Below are positions 40,501 through 55,300 of a stretch of DNA of 64,000 nt, piece after piece (positions within the stretch are counted from its first letter, which is position 1; every line of letters starts with the position of its first letter). The position numbers were made by a program, and so were the translations under genes. This stretch comes from Paramecium tetraurelia. Taxonomy: Eukaryota. The notes beneath the pieces were generated by a model. The model had not been told where the DNA came from. It ran no database searches and was given only the letters and a program-made list of their open reading frames with translations. The DNA lies in the NCBI GenBank assembly GCA_000165425.1, contig CT868629.1, positions 310,001 through 374,000 on the forward strand, written 5' to 3'.

Positions 40501-40619
40501 GTGTGCAATTGATATGAGTCATGAGGATTCCATTAACCAAGAAGTGGATGATTACCGCATATACGAACTATTTGTGAATATCTCGTCTCTGATATCACCT
40601 TAAAACTAATATATGACAT
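37499..40619 (-). CDS. CBM20 + trehalose-6-phosphate synthase (GT20) + phosphatase-like fusion protein
   Basis: N-terminal VRICGNHPLLGQWNP..TYPEW..LEFKC..WESIPNR (CBM20); WIGWIG, LLGVD, ELVSLYGKADVFIKTSLRE..YLEY, INP (GT20); degenerate HAD domain. Confidence 0.85.
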
Positions 40620-41347
40620 CTTAAATTATAAGAAGTATAATTTATTAAATATGTGAATAATTGGTGTTTCTCAACAATTCTAATCGTGTGAGTTTGTTTC
40701 CCATAGATTCCCTTCATTATTTCATAAATCTTAGGTCTTATACTAATATACAATTTAGTATTTTCACATTGAAGTTATTTAACTATCTAGAATGTTAAAG
40801 TGTTAAATTAGAAATTTTGAGTTTCTTGTTCTAGATTCTATGATTATAACTGTGTAATAGCACCTATAATAGACCAAATGGAGCATTTATTAATTTTTAT
40901 CATTTTTGATATCCCCAAATTTGGTAGAAAATTGCGAATTATTATCTATGAAAGAGAATAGTGAATTAAGTAGATCAACAATCTAGAATAATTGAAAGTG
41001 AACAAGCTAAATAAGTTCATTTCAATAGAAAAAATCACACCAAATTTTAAATTGATATTAGAATGAAAATTATGAAACAAGTAGAATAGTAATTGAACAA
41101 TTGTTACTTACAGTAAACAATGGTGAGTTATATAAAAGGATTTAGAAACTAAGTTCAAGAAATAATTTAGTCGAGCACGAAACATACTAATATGATTAAG
41201 TGCTCGATAATATAGAATTATGATTTATCTGAAATAGAGATAAATTAAAGTAGTTATTACTTAATTTGAAATGGAGAGAGAGAGTTAAGAATTAAATGAT
41301 GATTGTTGTTGATTTTATATATGTTGTGATAAAAATCACTTAGATTA

Positions 41348-42800
<1,453 letters not shown>

Positions 42801-43171
42801 TCATAAAATCCACCCCCTTTCCCAAAATATCTTATTTAACTAGGCAATTAATTAATAACTGATTATATAGTTATATACAATAATATTCAAATTTAAACCA
42901 TTCTCATTTTATCATTTTTCCACACATTCTAAAGTCTCTCTCACTTATTCCCATTGAATCACTCTCCCCCTCTCATAAATACGCTATTTCCATCTAAACT
43001 CATATGCATTTCTTCCTTCCTTCCCCCATTTACTCAATAAACTTCTTTAAGTCAGATCTAATTCAGCACTCTCCTGCCCAATCATCCTAAGCATTCAGTG
43101 TTGAAACCAACACCTAATTTAAAATATATGCTAAATGGACAATAATTATTTAATATATATATTAGTGATTA

Positions 43172-44046
43172 TCATACATATTAATTTTCACTCCTTTTTC
43201 TTATTGATAAAATACAATAAATTAATATCATGTATATGGTACCTGAAATGCCAAATAAGAAGCAATAATATATTAAAGTTAAATGGAGTGATGTTATAAA
43301 TGGTTTTTAGTTTTTCTCGGAAAATTTAAATCTATTCATCTATTGATCATCTACATGTGTAAGGTACAATGATAAGTTGTCAAAATTTATTGTTTCATCA
43401 GTTGATAGTTTTTTATATATGAAGCCGTCTTTCATGCACCCACCCTCAAAATATAATTTATTATCCTTGGATGAGATCTTGAAACATATTTCAGCCAGGT
43501 AGTATATTTAATCTCCCTTCCAAAACCAGGGAGTGATGGGTATGCCAATCGATTTATTACATTGCGGCAAATTTTTTATAATTTTTTAAGTTTATCGTTT
43601 TGAAAACTAAAGTAAGAGACAATGCACTTTTGGCAACATTAAATTGGCCAACTGATAATCAAGATAGCCCAAGAATTCATGGAAATTAGTTTTCTGGAAG
43701 TAGGTTGAAGTGTTATTGTCGAGAAGATTAACATAATGATGTTTTTCAAGTCTAAATTCTTGACCATTCAATTTTCCTATGATGGGGTAACGAGTGAATT
43801 GCTGTTAATTTAAATTCAGGTTCCAATCAGTAGTTTCCTATATAAATAGTTAACAATTACTTTTTCAATTATAAATTGCTATTCGACATCTTCTTATTAG
43901 TAAGGGAGAATAAAAAAGGAACACGAGAATAGAAGTAGTATTAAATCAATAACGCATATGGCATAAAATAGAATGCAAAAGATTCTATTCGGAATGAGTT
44001 ATTGTATTTTAAAACAATCATATCTAACAAGATAAACTTATAACAT
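43172..44046 (-). CDS. Hypothetical membrane protein with two TM segments flanking a Cys-containing loop
   Basis: ATG 44046; hydrophobic IFCILFYAICVIDLILLLFSCSFFILP and C-terminal LIYYCFLFGISGTIYMILIYCIL; intron 43838-43860. Confidence 0.7.
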
Positions 44047-44062
44047 AAATTATTAATTTATT

Positions 44063-45580
44063 TCAATACGATTATCTTTTTAATTACTGATTCTCTTATT
44101 CTAATTAAGAGATTCTCTAAACTAGATTACTTTGTTCCTTCATATATTGATCCAACAGTTATTGCATTTCATTTTGTTAAATTTAAAATTATCTAATCAT
44201 ATCAACATGCATCGAACTAACACTATCCTAAACGATCTTCTTTAATTGATAGGTTTATTCATTAATCTACTGTTGAATGTATTTCTTTTGCTCATCAGTA
44301 AAGCTAGCAGTAAACATAAAACAATTACTCATTTTATCCACCAATTACTCTGCTAACCTCATATTTCCTAGAGATATCCTCAATTTTACTAGTGCTTTAG
44401 TCAAATTTAGATTACTAACTTGATTGGACACGAGATTGGACTATTACCTAAATAAATTGGATTTAGTTTACATTGATCATATTGCATTTGCTTTTATTAC
44501 TCAATCTTAATCATTGATTCTTTATTACTTAAAGTACTCAAGTCTTTCGTACTGTCTTTCTTGATTTCCAAAATCAAAGGGGATTTTCCTGGATTAGGTT
44601 TTAGTTATGATTGGACACTCAAATTGCTTTCATTTAATAGTCTTTATGACACAGGAGGTTATTGAGATTGTTATTCAATGTTTTAATATTCCATATAATT
44701 AACACTAGAGTTGTCGTGTCCTCTAAATTAAGATTTCGGTTTTTGGGTCATTCTTATGTCATACACATAGATTTATCCATACAGAGTGCCCACAGTAACA
44801 GAATAATCGTCATTTTGCATGGCTACAGAATTCAATGGATTTTCACAGGCAATTGTATGTGTAACCTTTTTATCAACAATACTATATAGATAACATTTTT
44901 GATCGGTTCCAACACTACAGACTAAGGATTATGTAAAACTTAGTCCTGTCACTTTACTCGTGTGTTAAGATGAGAAATTGCATTGATATTCATTCTTATT
45001 TAGATCAAAGATTGTCACAGACCCATCATTGCTGCCAGAGCACAAGAGATTTTTGCTCATAAATTTAACTGCCTTGAATCCAGGGGTTTTTGAGCCTTTT
45101 AAATTGAATGTGGATACTGCTATTTGTGTACTTACATCATGTACTAGAATGTCACCTACATTAGAGGCACTTGCAATGAGAGTGTCTGCAGAATTCCAAT
45201 GCAATGAATTAATTTAAGAATAATGTCCTTTGAGATGACTTTGAATAGTTTTCTTTTTCAAATCCCATACCCGCACAATTGAATCATGACCTCCACTTGC
45301 TAAATATTGGCTAGAAGATGTGAATGAAATTGCATTAATTGCTTTTCCGTTATGCTCCAAAGGCAAAAGTGATTCACCATCCGTAGCTCGACTTAAAATT
45401 ATAACTCCATCATTGCCACAACTTGCAATAACACAATCTATTAAATTTACAAGTTCAAATACTATTGTGATTCCAAATGCAACAATTAATGCTAGATTTA
45501 TGTGGGTTAATTCTTAAAACAGGATCCATAGATTAATCATGAATGAGAATGCTTTTCCCACAAGAAACCAATTAACTCAT
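44063..45580 (-). CDS. NEDD1: NEDD1/GCP-WD-like gamma-tubulin ring complex targeting protein
   Basis: WD40 repeats (SSSQYLASGGHDSIVRVWDLKKKTIQSHLKGH...WNSADTLIASAS..GDILVH) plus C-terminal helix SSMHVDMIRQFQIQQNEMQQLLDQY resembling the NEDD1 tail. Confidence 0.87.
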
Positions 45581-46027
45581 TTTTAATATATAAAATAATG
45601 TTTGATATATCATTTCATTATTTATGACAACCCTTTAAATCAACTCCATCTGATACCTCTTATTCCCTTCCAAGATTAACTACCTAATTTATGATTATAA
45701 TAATTAATAATTCTCAACACATAATTTTATACTCCAAATCCATCCAATTTTATACTAAACATCAACTTACTTCAATTTCAATACCATTTTCAATCAAAAT
45801 CTGCCAATTTTAAGAGTAGGATAAATGTAAGTTCTCAATTTGTCCTACTTGATTTCATAATATAGTATTTATTATTAGTATAATCACTAACTTCTAATGA
45901 GATACTTTTTATTTAACCTATATTTTCCACTAACTCTAGATCCTCCTTATAGTTTAGGACAATACAAAAAGACATTCCAATACATATGATTGCACTTAGT
46001 TTTAATCCATAAATTTAAAATAAAAAT

Positions 46028-46699
46028 ATGCATAGTAGGTAACATCTATCAATAAAGTACCTGGATGGACCTAAATTGGATTCAACACAAGTTCGTCGCA
46101 AGAGCTGTGTTTGTGAGTAGTGTGGGACCACTGCTCTTAAAGAGGATCGTCTACCAAATTAATTATGTGAAATAGCCTACCACAAATAAGAACGATTGGC
46201 TGATGTATTCCTAAGTAAATTGGAAGGTGCAAGAAGATACATGAGAAACGATCATAAAAAAAGGAACTTTCGAATTTATGCCAAAAATCCACTTTTTATA
46301 CTACGTTCTCAACCAGATCTGGAAGAAAGTATGCATATTCCAGAATCACCAACGAAGGCTCAAACTCCAGAAAAACAACGTTTAAAGACTGAGCAACCTT
46401 AGATTGCTCCATATAAATCGTATAAATACGTTCCAACTTCAAATTGTTTTCTATAAAATATGAAACAACAAGTTATGCGTTCTAACAAAACTATCAATCG
46501 ATTGCTCACTGATAGAAAGGCGATTTAATCATTTCAGGCTTCCACTTCGGATAGACTACTAATCACGAAATCTCCTTAAAAAAATAAAAGAAGCTTGATT
46601 AAATAACTTAAGCCTCTTCCTAAATAGAAATTACTTTAAACTAAATTTGACTGTATGATTAGATAATTCTTTAACTCATCTAAAGCCAAATAATACTGA
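46028..46699 (+). CDS. Hypothetical protein with RRKSCxCxxCG motif
   Basis: Uninterrupted 223 aa ORF containing VRRKSCVCEQCG. Confidence 0.8.
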
Positions 46700-46742
46700 C
46701 GAATATGATTATAATTTTTTTGTGTTTATTAAACATTATTCG

Positions 46743-48216
46743 ATGCAAGAGACTGAGCAATCAGAAAAAGATATGATAGGTTCCCTTCTTGATGGTAATC
46801 AATTTACTTAATTCTGTAGATGATGAATCAGAATGCTCAGAATTTCGATCTTCCATTACCAAATCCCAGCAGCATTCACAATCTGTAAAAATAATGTTCT
46901 TTATAAATACCCTTAGCCCATCAAAAGTTTCAAAGATCTGAGAGAGAGTCCAGTTTTAAATGAGGATCCAACGTATTATTACAAATATTCAATTAGGTAT
47001 TAAGAATTCCCCTCTGCCGATCCCAGCAACTTTTACATTACAGTCTAACCTACATTCATTCAATCACGATAACATTCCTCAAGTCATGAATTCCATTCAT
47101 ACATGTTACCCCAACAACCAATGTACTATCCTTGTCAAGATGGCTATTTCTCCTAAAAAAGAACAAAAAAATTACAATTATAAACAGAGATTGATTCATC
47201 AATTGTACAAATATGTAATCAACCTTTAGTCCCAACAATGCCAAGACCAATACGCTTCTTTGAGTATTCAACAATCGTTCATCTAGGGAAACGAGTACCA
47301 AAGGGAAAAAATATTTAAAGGCTTAGTTGATGATTTACTCTTACTATCAAAACACAAATTTGGAAATTATGTCATCTAAAAAATAATTGAAAACTGTAAT
47401 TAAAATACCAGAACACTGATTTTTGAACAATTGAACTCTCATGTGTTGGAAATGTCCTAAGACAAATTTGGCTGTAGAGTTGTCCAAAAATTACTAGAAT
47501 TTATCCTCAATCAACAAAAAGTGTAACTTATTTCCCAAATCAAACCATATGCTTTAAAGCTCATATTCGATTAGTGTGGAAATCATGTTATCTAAAAAAT
47601 CATAGATTTAGTTACTGATGCTGAATTTATTATAGATCTGGTCACAAATAATGTGGATAAGGTTGTTTCTCATCCTTACGGCTGTAGGATAGCTTAAAAA
47701 TGTTTGGAAATATTTCCCAACGATAAATTATAGGAACTTTACATTTCCTTAATTCCACTTTGTGAAAGGCTATCGTTTTGTTAGTACGGGAATTACATCG
47801 TTCAACATATGATGAACTCGGGACCCCCAAAAGGATTCGAAGTTATTGGAAAGTTCATCAAATCAAGAATAATAGAAGTCAGTTAAGATAAATATGGAAG
47901 GTAATAATTAACTCAAATGTAGTAATGTAGCAGAAAGGTATATTAAATTGGCTTAAGATGATGACATTGCCAGCATATGCAAAATCCTTTTGAATCAAAC
48001 AGTCCCTCCTATGTTACTAATTTTAATTAATAACTCTTTTGGAAATTATGTAATGTAAAATTTCTATTTGAAATGTAATGATAAATAAAAAGAATAAATT
48101 TAAATTCAACTCTCTAAATATGAAGAACATCAATTCACTTAATTTGGTATTTAATTTCTATTACTAAATTAGGTCGCCATTTCTTATAATATTTAGCTAG
48201 AATTCATGCTTGTTGA
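46743..48216 (+). CDS. Pumilio/PUF RNA-binding protein, 8 repeats
   Basis: Repeat cores SLSIQ, NYVIQ, CRVVQ, NHVIQ, CRIAQ, NYIVQ, SNVAE, NYVMQ; several introns. Confidence 0.93.
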
Positions 48217-48302
48217 TTGTTAATTTTTATTTTATATATAATAATAATAATAAATATAGTAATTAAATTTAGTTATATTAATTTTAAAAACAAAGAAACT
48301 TT

Positions 48303-51300
48303 TCAAAATATATTACATTTAGGTGATTATTGTGATTATGCCTCTAATTACTTTTTTGGTGTTTAATTACAAACCTAAAAGTACTACTAATACTGTTATC
48401 TCTCTATTTTCTTTTGCTTCTCTATTACCTCTTTTTTTATATCACTAGTATTAATTTTCAATGTTTTATTATCACTGTAAATCAACCATTTTAGCCATTC
48501 TTTCTTAAAATCTGATTAATTCATTAAAGTATCTATCTTGGCATAGGTCTTTCTTGGTTTTTAATTATGTTATTTCCCATCCAAATAATGGGATAATAAT
48601 AAGTTCAAGATGCTTTGAAATAGTTTATTCTTGCGAACTGACTAACAATCTTTAGATAATGTGAAAATCTCTCCTATTGGCACATAAAAATATCTGATGG
48701 GATGAATGACAAGATCAAGATTTTATTCCTAATCAGATTTTTATAAATTGTACAACAATCCTAAGATTTGTTTTTCATCACTCACTCTCAACATATCTGA
48801 TTTTAGTAATGAATATAGTGTAAAATAGGGTAATTAACAGAACTTTTCATTGTAATTATATCCACACCAATGCATAAGAGCAGAATGGAGTGGATCCTCC
48901 TGTATGTAAACCTTTAGCCATAACTAGGAACTTACAGCTTGAATCTCCTCAAACCCTACTGTGTGAAATTAATTTGTGGGATATGTATGATACATAACTC
49001 TCTCGTTACTCTGCTCTTATTTATTAAGAATTGCTATTTTCACTAAGACACTTATAAAATTTAATTTGGTGTATGAAGGCAATGATTCATCCATCAAATT
49101 ATCCTCAAGATTCATGTATTTTAGATTGTTTTTTATTGATCCCCTTTCTTGCAAATAAATTGAAACGATATTCTTATCATTAACATCTATGATCAATCTC
49201 CATGCAAGACTTTATGAGGCAAAACATTCTGAAATCACTATGGAATTGCCAACTACATTACTAATTTTCATTTCATAAACCAGCTTATTGATCTTACAAG
49301 TATTTGAGTTTTATTGATAAAATGAATATTCATCAAACAATGACTCAGAATAATGAAATTCTTAATCAGTATATATTGAACTTCTCCTTTTTTTAGTCTC
49401 CTACAATCTTTAAGGATATACAATAATTTGATTATTTAATAGAGGCAAGTTCTATTCGAATTAATAATTAGTGAAATCTTTATATTTAAATCCACAATTA
49501 GATAAATGATCCATTGACAATTGTTTAAGTAAATCTATTTGTTGACATTGCTTTTTCTCAGTTATTAACCATAGCAAATTGTCAACACCTTCAAAATCGG
49601 TCTACATTAAAGGTTGTTAAACTAGAAAGTATATTTCTTCTGGTGTCATCAAATCGAATATTTTTTTATATTTATTTTGCATCTATTAATCTCTAAGCAT
49701 TGAATCATCTTGTCTACCTCTAATTTGATCGATTATAGTTTTGCAATTTAATGAAAAGTAGGTTACTGTATAAACATAGACGAATTTAAAAATGTAAGAA
49801 AGATGAGAATTTTAATTCCTGAAACCTATCACATACCAATCCAGGACAAATTCGTTGATCATCATAGGGATTACAACTCTGCTTATCAATTATTCTATCA
49901 ATTAGTACAACTCTAATTTCTCAGCCAATCTATAAAATTTAATTGACTAACTGATTCCTACTTCATTCCATTCTGAATCTGTCAGCTTACCCAGGTATAT
50001 GTATTTGTAAACTAAATCAAATAATTATAAGTTATCAACTTACAAATTCAATTCAAACTATTTAGTTTCTAGCAATTCCTTAAAGTAATTAGAAACCTAA
50101 ATCAACACTGATTTGTGAGATTTATAATGATGCTCGTTAACTATTAGAACAATATCGGAGAACTTCTCATTACGGTACAAAGCATTAAAGTTATGATCTT
50201 TGTGATCTAATGATAATAAAATTATTTACATCTTATAGATTAGCTTAATAAACCCTATTCTATTTCTTTCATTTTTTTCTATGCTCTATTTGATCTCAAA
50301 TCAACAAAATCATAGGGGTGTATAGAGTTAATTTTGAGTTTGCATTTGAATGGAATTTCATTGTCCTTTATTTATGCACCTTCTTTCTATAGGATCTTTT
50401 GAGTATTAGACAATTAGAACTCTGATTTCTTTTGCTATTTTATAGATTATCTTATGGAATATCGATAGGATGTTTTATTTTAAGGTTCAGGATTAGAGGT
50501 TCTCTTCTTGATTGCTATGGATTCATCTTGCTTTTGGGGACTAAAGGACCACTTTTTTGGTGGTGACTCCCATTAGGGTTCTTCAAAATAGTATTACTCT
50601 TCAGGCTATTATATTTAAAGATTGTTTGGATATTATTGCAGTTACTAATGATATAGCATCATTTAGTATTGGAGTTATTATTATTAATATAATTGCTATT
50701 AATATTATTATTATAATAACTATTACTATTATTATTCATAATAATATTATTATTATTATTACTATTATTACTATTATTATTATTATTATAAATATTATTA
50801 TTATTAGTATTAATAAGATTATTATTATTAATAATCTTAATGTTAATTAAATGGTTGCTATTGTTATTATTATTGTTATTGCTAATTGAATTAAAATTAA
50901 TTTTATTATTATTATTATTGTTGTTAAAATAAGTCTTATGATTCATAATTACGATTAGAATGCTATTAAGAATTTCCAAAGTAGAGAGATTCAACATTAT
51001 AAGGTTGAAATATTTGTTAACTCTACTACAAATTGCACTAAGGCTTCTCAACTTCCCGACATAAATCCTAATATATATTTTGTAATTATTTCTGATCAAG
51101 CATATTACTTAGATGCTCATTTATAGCAGAATCTTATGTATTTAGGGTCTATAATCTTATATCTGAGAGTGTAGATTACTCCTTATGAGTGAGAGGCACA
51201 TATGGATTTTGACTTTTTTCTAACATTTATGATTCTGAACTAATCAATCCATCAATCAGGCATGGAAATTTGGGAGCATTAAGATATTTGGACTCTAAAT

Positions 51301-52326
51301 TTTTGGTATATAAATCCAAGTCGTCAGGCTTAGCACTGGATTATTCGTATTGGTTTTCTTCAATGCGGAACAATTATAAATTTTTGGAGGTAGTATGAGG
51401 CACTTTTGGATGATGTTCTTATTCAAACCCATTGAACTTTTAGCCTTTAAGTTATTCTATTTTATTTTGAAGATTTGATTTAATCGGTTGGAGTGGGTCT
51501 CGAGTAGAGAGTAAATGCAATTGTTTGAGAATAGGATGGGACGGTGATTATGACGATTTCTATTCTTTGAGTTAGACTTCCCCTACTTGTTGTTCACAAA
51601 AGAATTGGACTATAGGTATGTCTCCAAATTTATGGGAAATCAAGGGAAGTATTTGTGTGCTTGAATTCTCAACAAATAAGTCGAATACCCAAATATTCTG
51701 ATTTTCTATAGTGACTTACTTTTATTTAGTATCAGAGTCCTATAATTCATAATATTAATCTCCGTCGACAAATTGAATTCCAGACAATTAGGTAGGGTAA
51801 TTCAACCATCCTTGTATTTGTATGCCAGTGTTTTTTTGAGTGATTGAATCAACAATCACATATTTAGATTGTAATACAATCAATAATAAATAGAAATTTG
51901 TGTTTTCGTAAAGATGAATATAACAATGTGTTAAATGCTACTAATAGATGATTGGATTGTTTATTTGTTTATTGAACATCAATTTAAATTTTTATTTAGT
52001 AGAATCTGAGAGACGACTATAAATATTGTAATATACAGATTTACTTGCGATACCCACTAATGAGCTTGGAATAGTCGTTGGTCTTCTACTTCATGATGTG
52101 ATCTGATAAGAAATGAACATCCGTTCCAAAACTATTGATTACTGCTAGGATGTCATTTGGATTGATGCATGGGGATAGCTTGAATAATTCAGAAAATGAG
52201 TACTTGCATTTCACTGTTTTATGAGATGGATTCAAATAAGGGAGTGAGACTGGTATCAAAATAAAGAGGGTTTCCTCTTACACAATTCAAATCTCTAAGC
52301 AATTCAACTGCGAATTAATTTAACAT
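48303..52326 (-). CDS. Large (~1300 aa) protein: N-terminal domain, Q/Y-rich tract, BTB, MATH-like and BACK-like regions, C-terminal CaaX
   Basis: Continuous frame from ATG 52326 through polyQ into BTB (NEKFSDIVLIVNEHHYKSHKSVL..VSNYFKEL); WRLIID..VSIYL; ends KCNIF*. Confidence 0.8.
50677..50925 (-). repeat. Degenerate (TAA/TAG/CAA/TAT)n tract encoding Q/Y-rich low-complexity region
   Basis: In the gene frame reads QQQQYLQQQQQQQQQQQQQYYYEQQQ... Confidence 0.9.
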
Positions 52327-52377
52327 ATATATAAAAGTTCAAATTTTATATTGAATTATTTTGATTATCCATAATTT

Positions 52378-55300
52378 TCAAATATTACTTATCTTGTAAT
52401 TGCAATTATAATTTGAAGTGATTCTTTGCTTGAAATCATCAGAGGTAGAAACTGTGACTTCATCCCTGACAGCATACGTTTGTTCTTTCGATAGAGAATT
52501 GCTTTTCACCTTATTGGCTAAATCATTGACACTGATTCCCATGGTTTAAGTGATCATGCCTTGTCCATACACTTAAAGGGATAGCTTTCCTGAAGTGAAA
52601 ACCTTGTCATAGAATGAAAAGAGATCGGACTTAGTGACCATGTTAATGTATTGGGCAGCGATTTCCTTCTCCTCAAATGCCAAATCGTTATTCTTAATAT
52701 GCGACCAAGTGCTTCTTGCTTTGTCCTTTAGATTCTTCTCGACCTCTTTCAATCCAGATATCTAAAATTAATATTGACTATCTTACAGTAGTAGTTTTAA
52801 GCTCTTCAAATTATTGATCAGTCATCTCTTTCAATTCTCGTCCATAATTAATTAAGAACTCTTCTATATGTTAATTCACAACATAGGGAGGTTTTGCTGT
52901 TCCCTACACCAAAATTTGAGCACTGTCCAAACAACCAACTGGCTTGAATTTGACACTTACAACATAACCCAATTACAATTGTGTACGCAAATAGGCATAT
53001 GCTGCATTGTGGAGAATCTTATATAATAAATTCATCATGGCTAATTACTTCTAATCTCTGTACCCAATTTAATAGTAATTCAGAGTAACTCCATTTGTGT
53101 CCAATTAATTAGTAGATTTAGAGACTAATGAGTATACTATGGATTTGCGAGTCAGATCTGATACTTAAGTAATATGGTTTTGAATTCTGATATGTGAAGT
53201 AGATTCATCAAATATCTTGGGAATTTGATTTTGCAATGATTACACTTCATCTCTCAATATATTTCCTGTGAAATAGGTAGTGAATCTGAAATTCTCTAAC
53301 ATTTCTTTCTAAAATTGAGACAATTCTTCCTTAGTTACTGAATTGATTTCATCTATCATCTAAGAAGGGGTTGGTTAACCTTGAATTATGGTTGGCAATA
53401 TCACAGAAGTGGCTTAGACAAACAATTTTTATTCAAAAGTGTTACTCAACTCAGTGATTTGACTTAGTTTCACTCTATTCAAAAGATCATCATCGCTGAT
53501 TTCATTCTTAATCTCTCTTAACACATTCTTATAAAAGTATTCAAATTTATCACTCCATCCATACATTTCGAGTGATAGACCTTTCATTGATGAATCAAAT
53601 GATAATTCATAACCAGCTTCAAATGATTATTAAAGAGATTTATATAAATTATCAGACACATAACTATTAAATACTGTTAACAATGCTACTTTCTTAAGAG
53701 ATTTCATGTCCAAAGCAGTTTCAAAGTTCATACCTGCATACACAGTTGGACTATATGATCTATCCAATCTCCACCAGGTTTTACCCTCAATGTCCTTCTT
53801 AATCAATTATGGGAAATGATTGTATTGCTCATATTCAAATTCATGCTCCTAACACTCCTTCTTTGATGTGAAATAGAAAGGCATTTTGTGAGTATTTTCT
53901 ATGAATATATTCTATCTGTTTTTTCTATCATACAGAGTGTCAGAATCAACCGATTAGATATATGAGATCTGCTGTGATTCACATAGTGATTTAAAAGCTA
54001 AATTAACTGGGACGTAATGATTAATTTATGGTAAACTCAATGGAATGTTGTCAAGCATCATGAAATCCAAACTGTCTCTCTCTAATGGTTTAACATCATA
54101 TTATATGTGATAAAGATCATTTGAAAATTGGAGTTCTCTTTAGTTGATGAAATCTAAATCACTAACAGCAACACTCTACTGCAATAACAAAGTTGATGGC
54201 TATTAGAATGATAAGAATGAGGCCTTTAATTCTTCATTTTCTATTTCCTCTTACACCAATTTATATCCATCATCTCCAATCAAAATCAACATATTATTAG
54301 GATTCATTAGATCAGCTAAATAATTATATATACATTGAGGATCATATTTAAAATAGCTAGTTTCTGCATTTAATACATATTTAGGTGGGAATGTATTCAG
54401 ATTGTGAGATAATTTGAATATGTCTATGTCTTTCTCCAAGAATTTAAATTGAACATCTGACATAGCCTTCTTAGTCTTATAGGTTTCTTCTAAGAAGTCT
54501 GTTGGATTCTACTCTTCATCATAAAACTTGTGTATTTATTCTTCAAAATATGAGATTATAGCTTGTCCAATTTATAGAGCATAGTCTTTTTATTGACCAA
54601 TCAATGTTTCACTTAGTTCAACTTCAATCAAATAGAATTAGAAACAACCATTATTACCTAAAAATGGTTGAGAATCCATATCAACAATTAGATTCTTGCT
54701 TACTAAGTAATTGTACAATCCTCCATCATGTCTTGATCTGACTATCGAATTTATAAATTGAAGAGGCTTAGTTTCAAAATATTTTGTACTATCCTCTAAT
54801 TAATAAAAGTAAATGAGGGTTGTTGCTCTTGTGTTGATGTGATATTTTACTAATTTAGAAACATCCTTTATTGGCAATCCGAAATGAGCTAACGATGGCT
54901 TCTCTATTTCCAAATTTGGAATTTTTAAGAACTCACTTGATTCAATGAACTCTTTCATCATTTCAATTGGTTATGAACTCTTGATCACCAAAGCCATTTG
55001 ATTAGATGAATAATATTATTCATGAAACTTTTTTAAGGCTTCAACAACATGCGGCTTAAGTAATGACTATAAATTTCCAATAGTGAATCTACTCATAGGA
55101 TGCTTAGGATCTGACATCAAACTCATTAAATGCAATATTTTCCATCCATCTCCTGCTACATTTATCTCATATTCAGAATTCACTGCATTAGCTTCCTTTT
55201 AGACCATCTCTTATGATAAGAGAGGGTCTATAAAAAAGTGTGCAAATACATTCAAAGCCTCACTTGTTCTGCTTGTATCTATTGTAAAATAGTAATTGGT

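Noticed and set aside
46997..47026. GC-rich 30-nt GT..AG segment in the PUF gene as an intron
   Set aside because: It reads through as normal coding sequence (RYQEFPSADPS) and is too GC-rich for a Paramecium intron.
50260..50300. Separate BTB gene starting at ATG 50272
   Set aside because: The upstream polyQ frame runs into this ATG in frame with no TGA or intergenic spacer.
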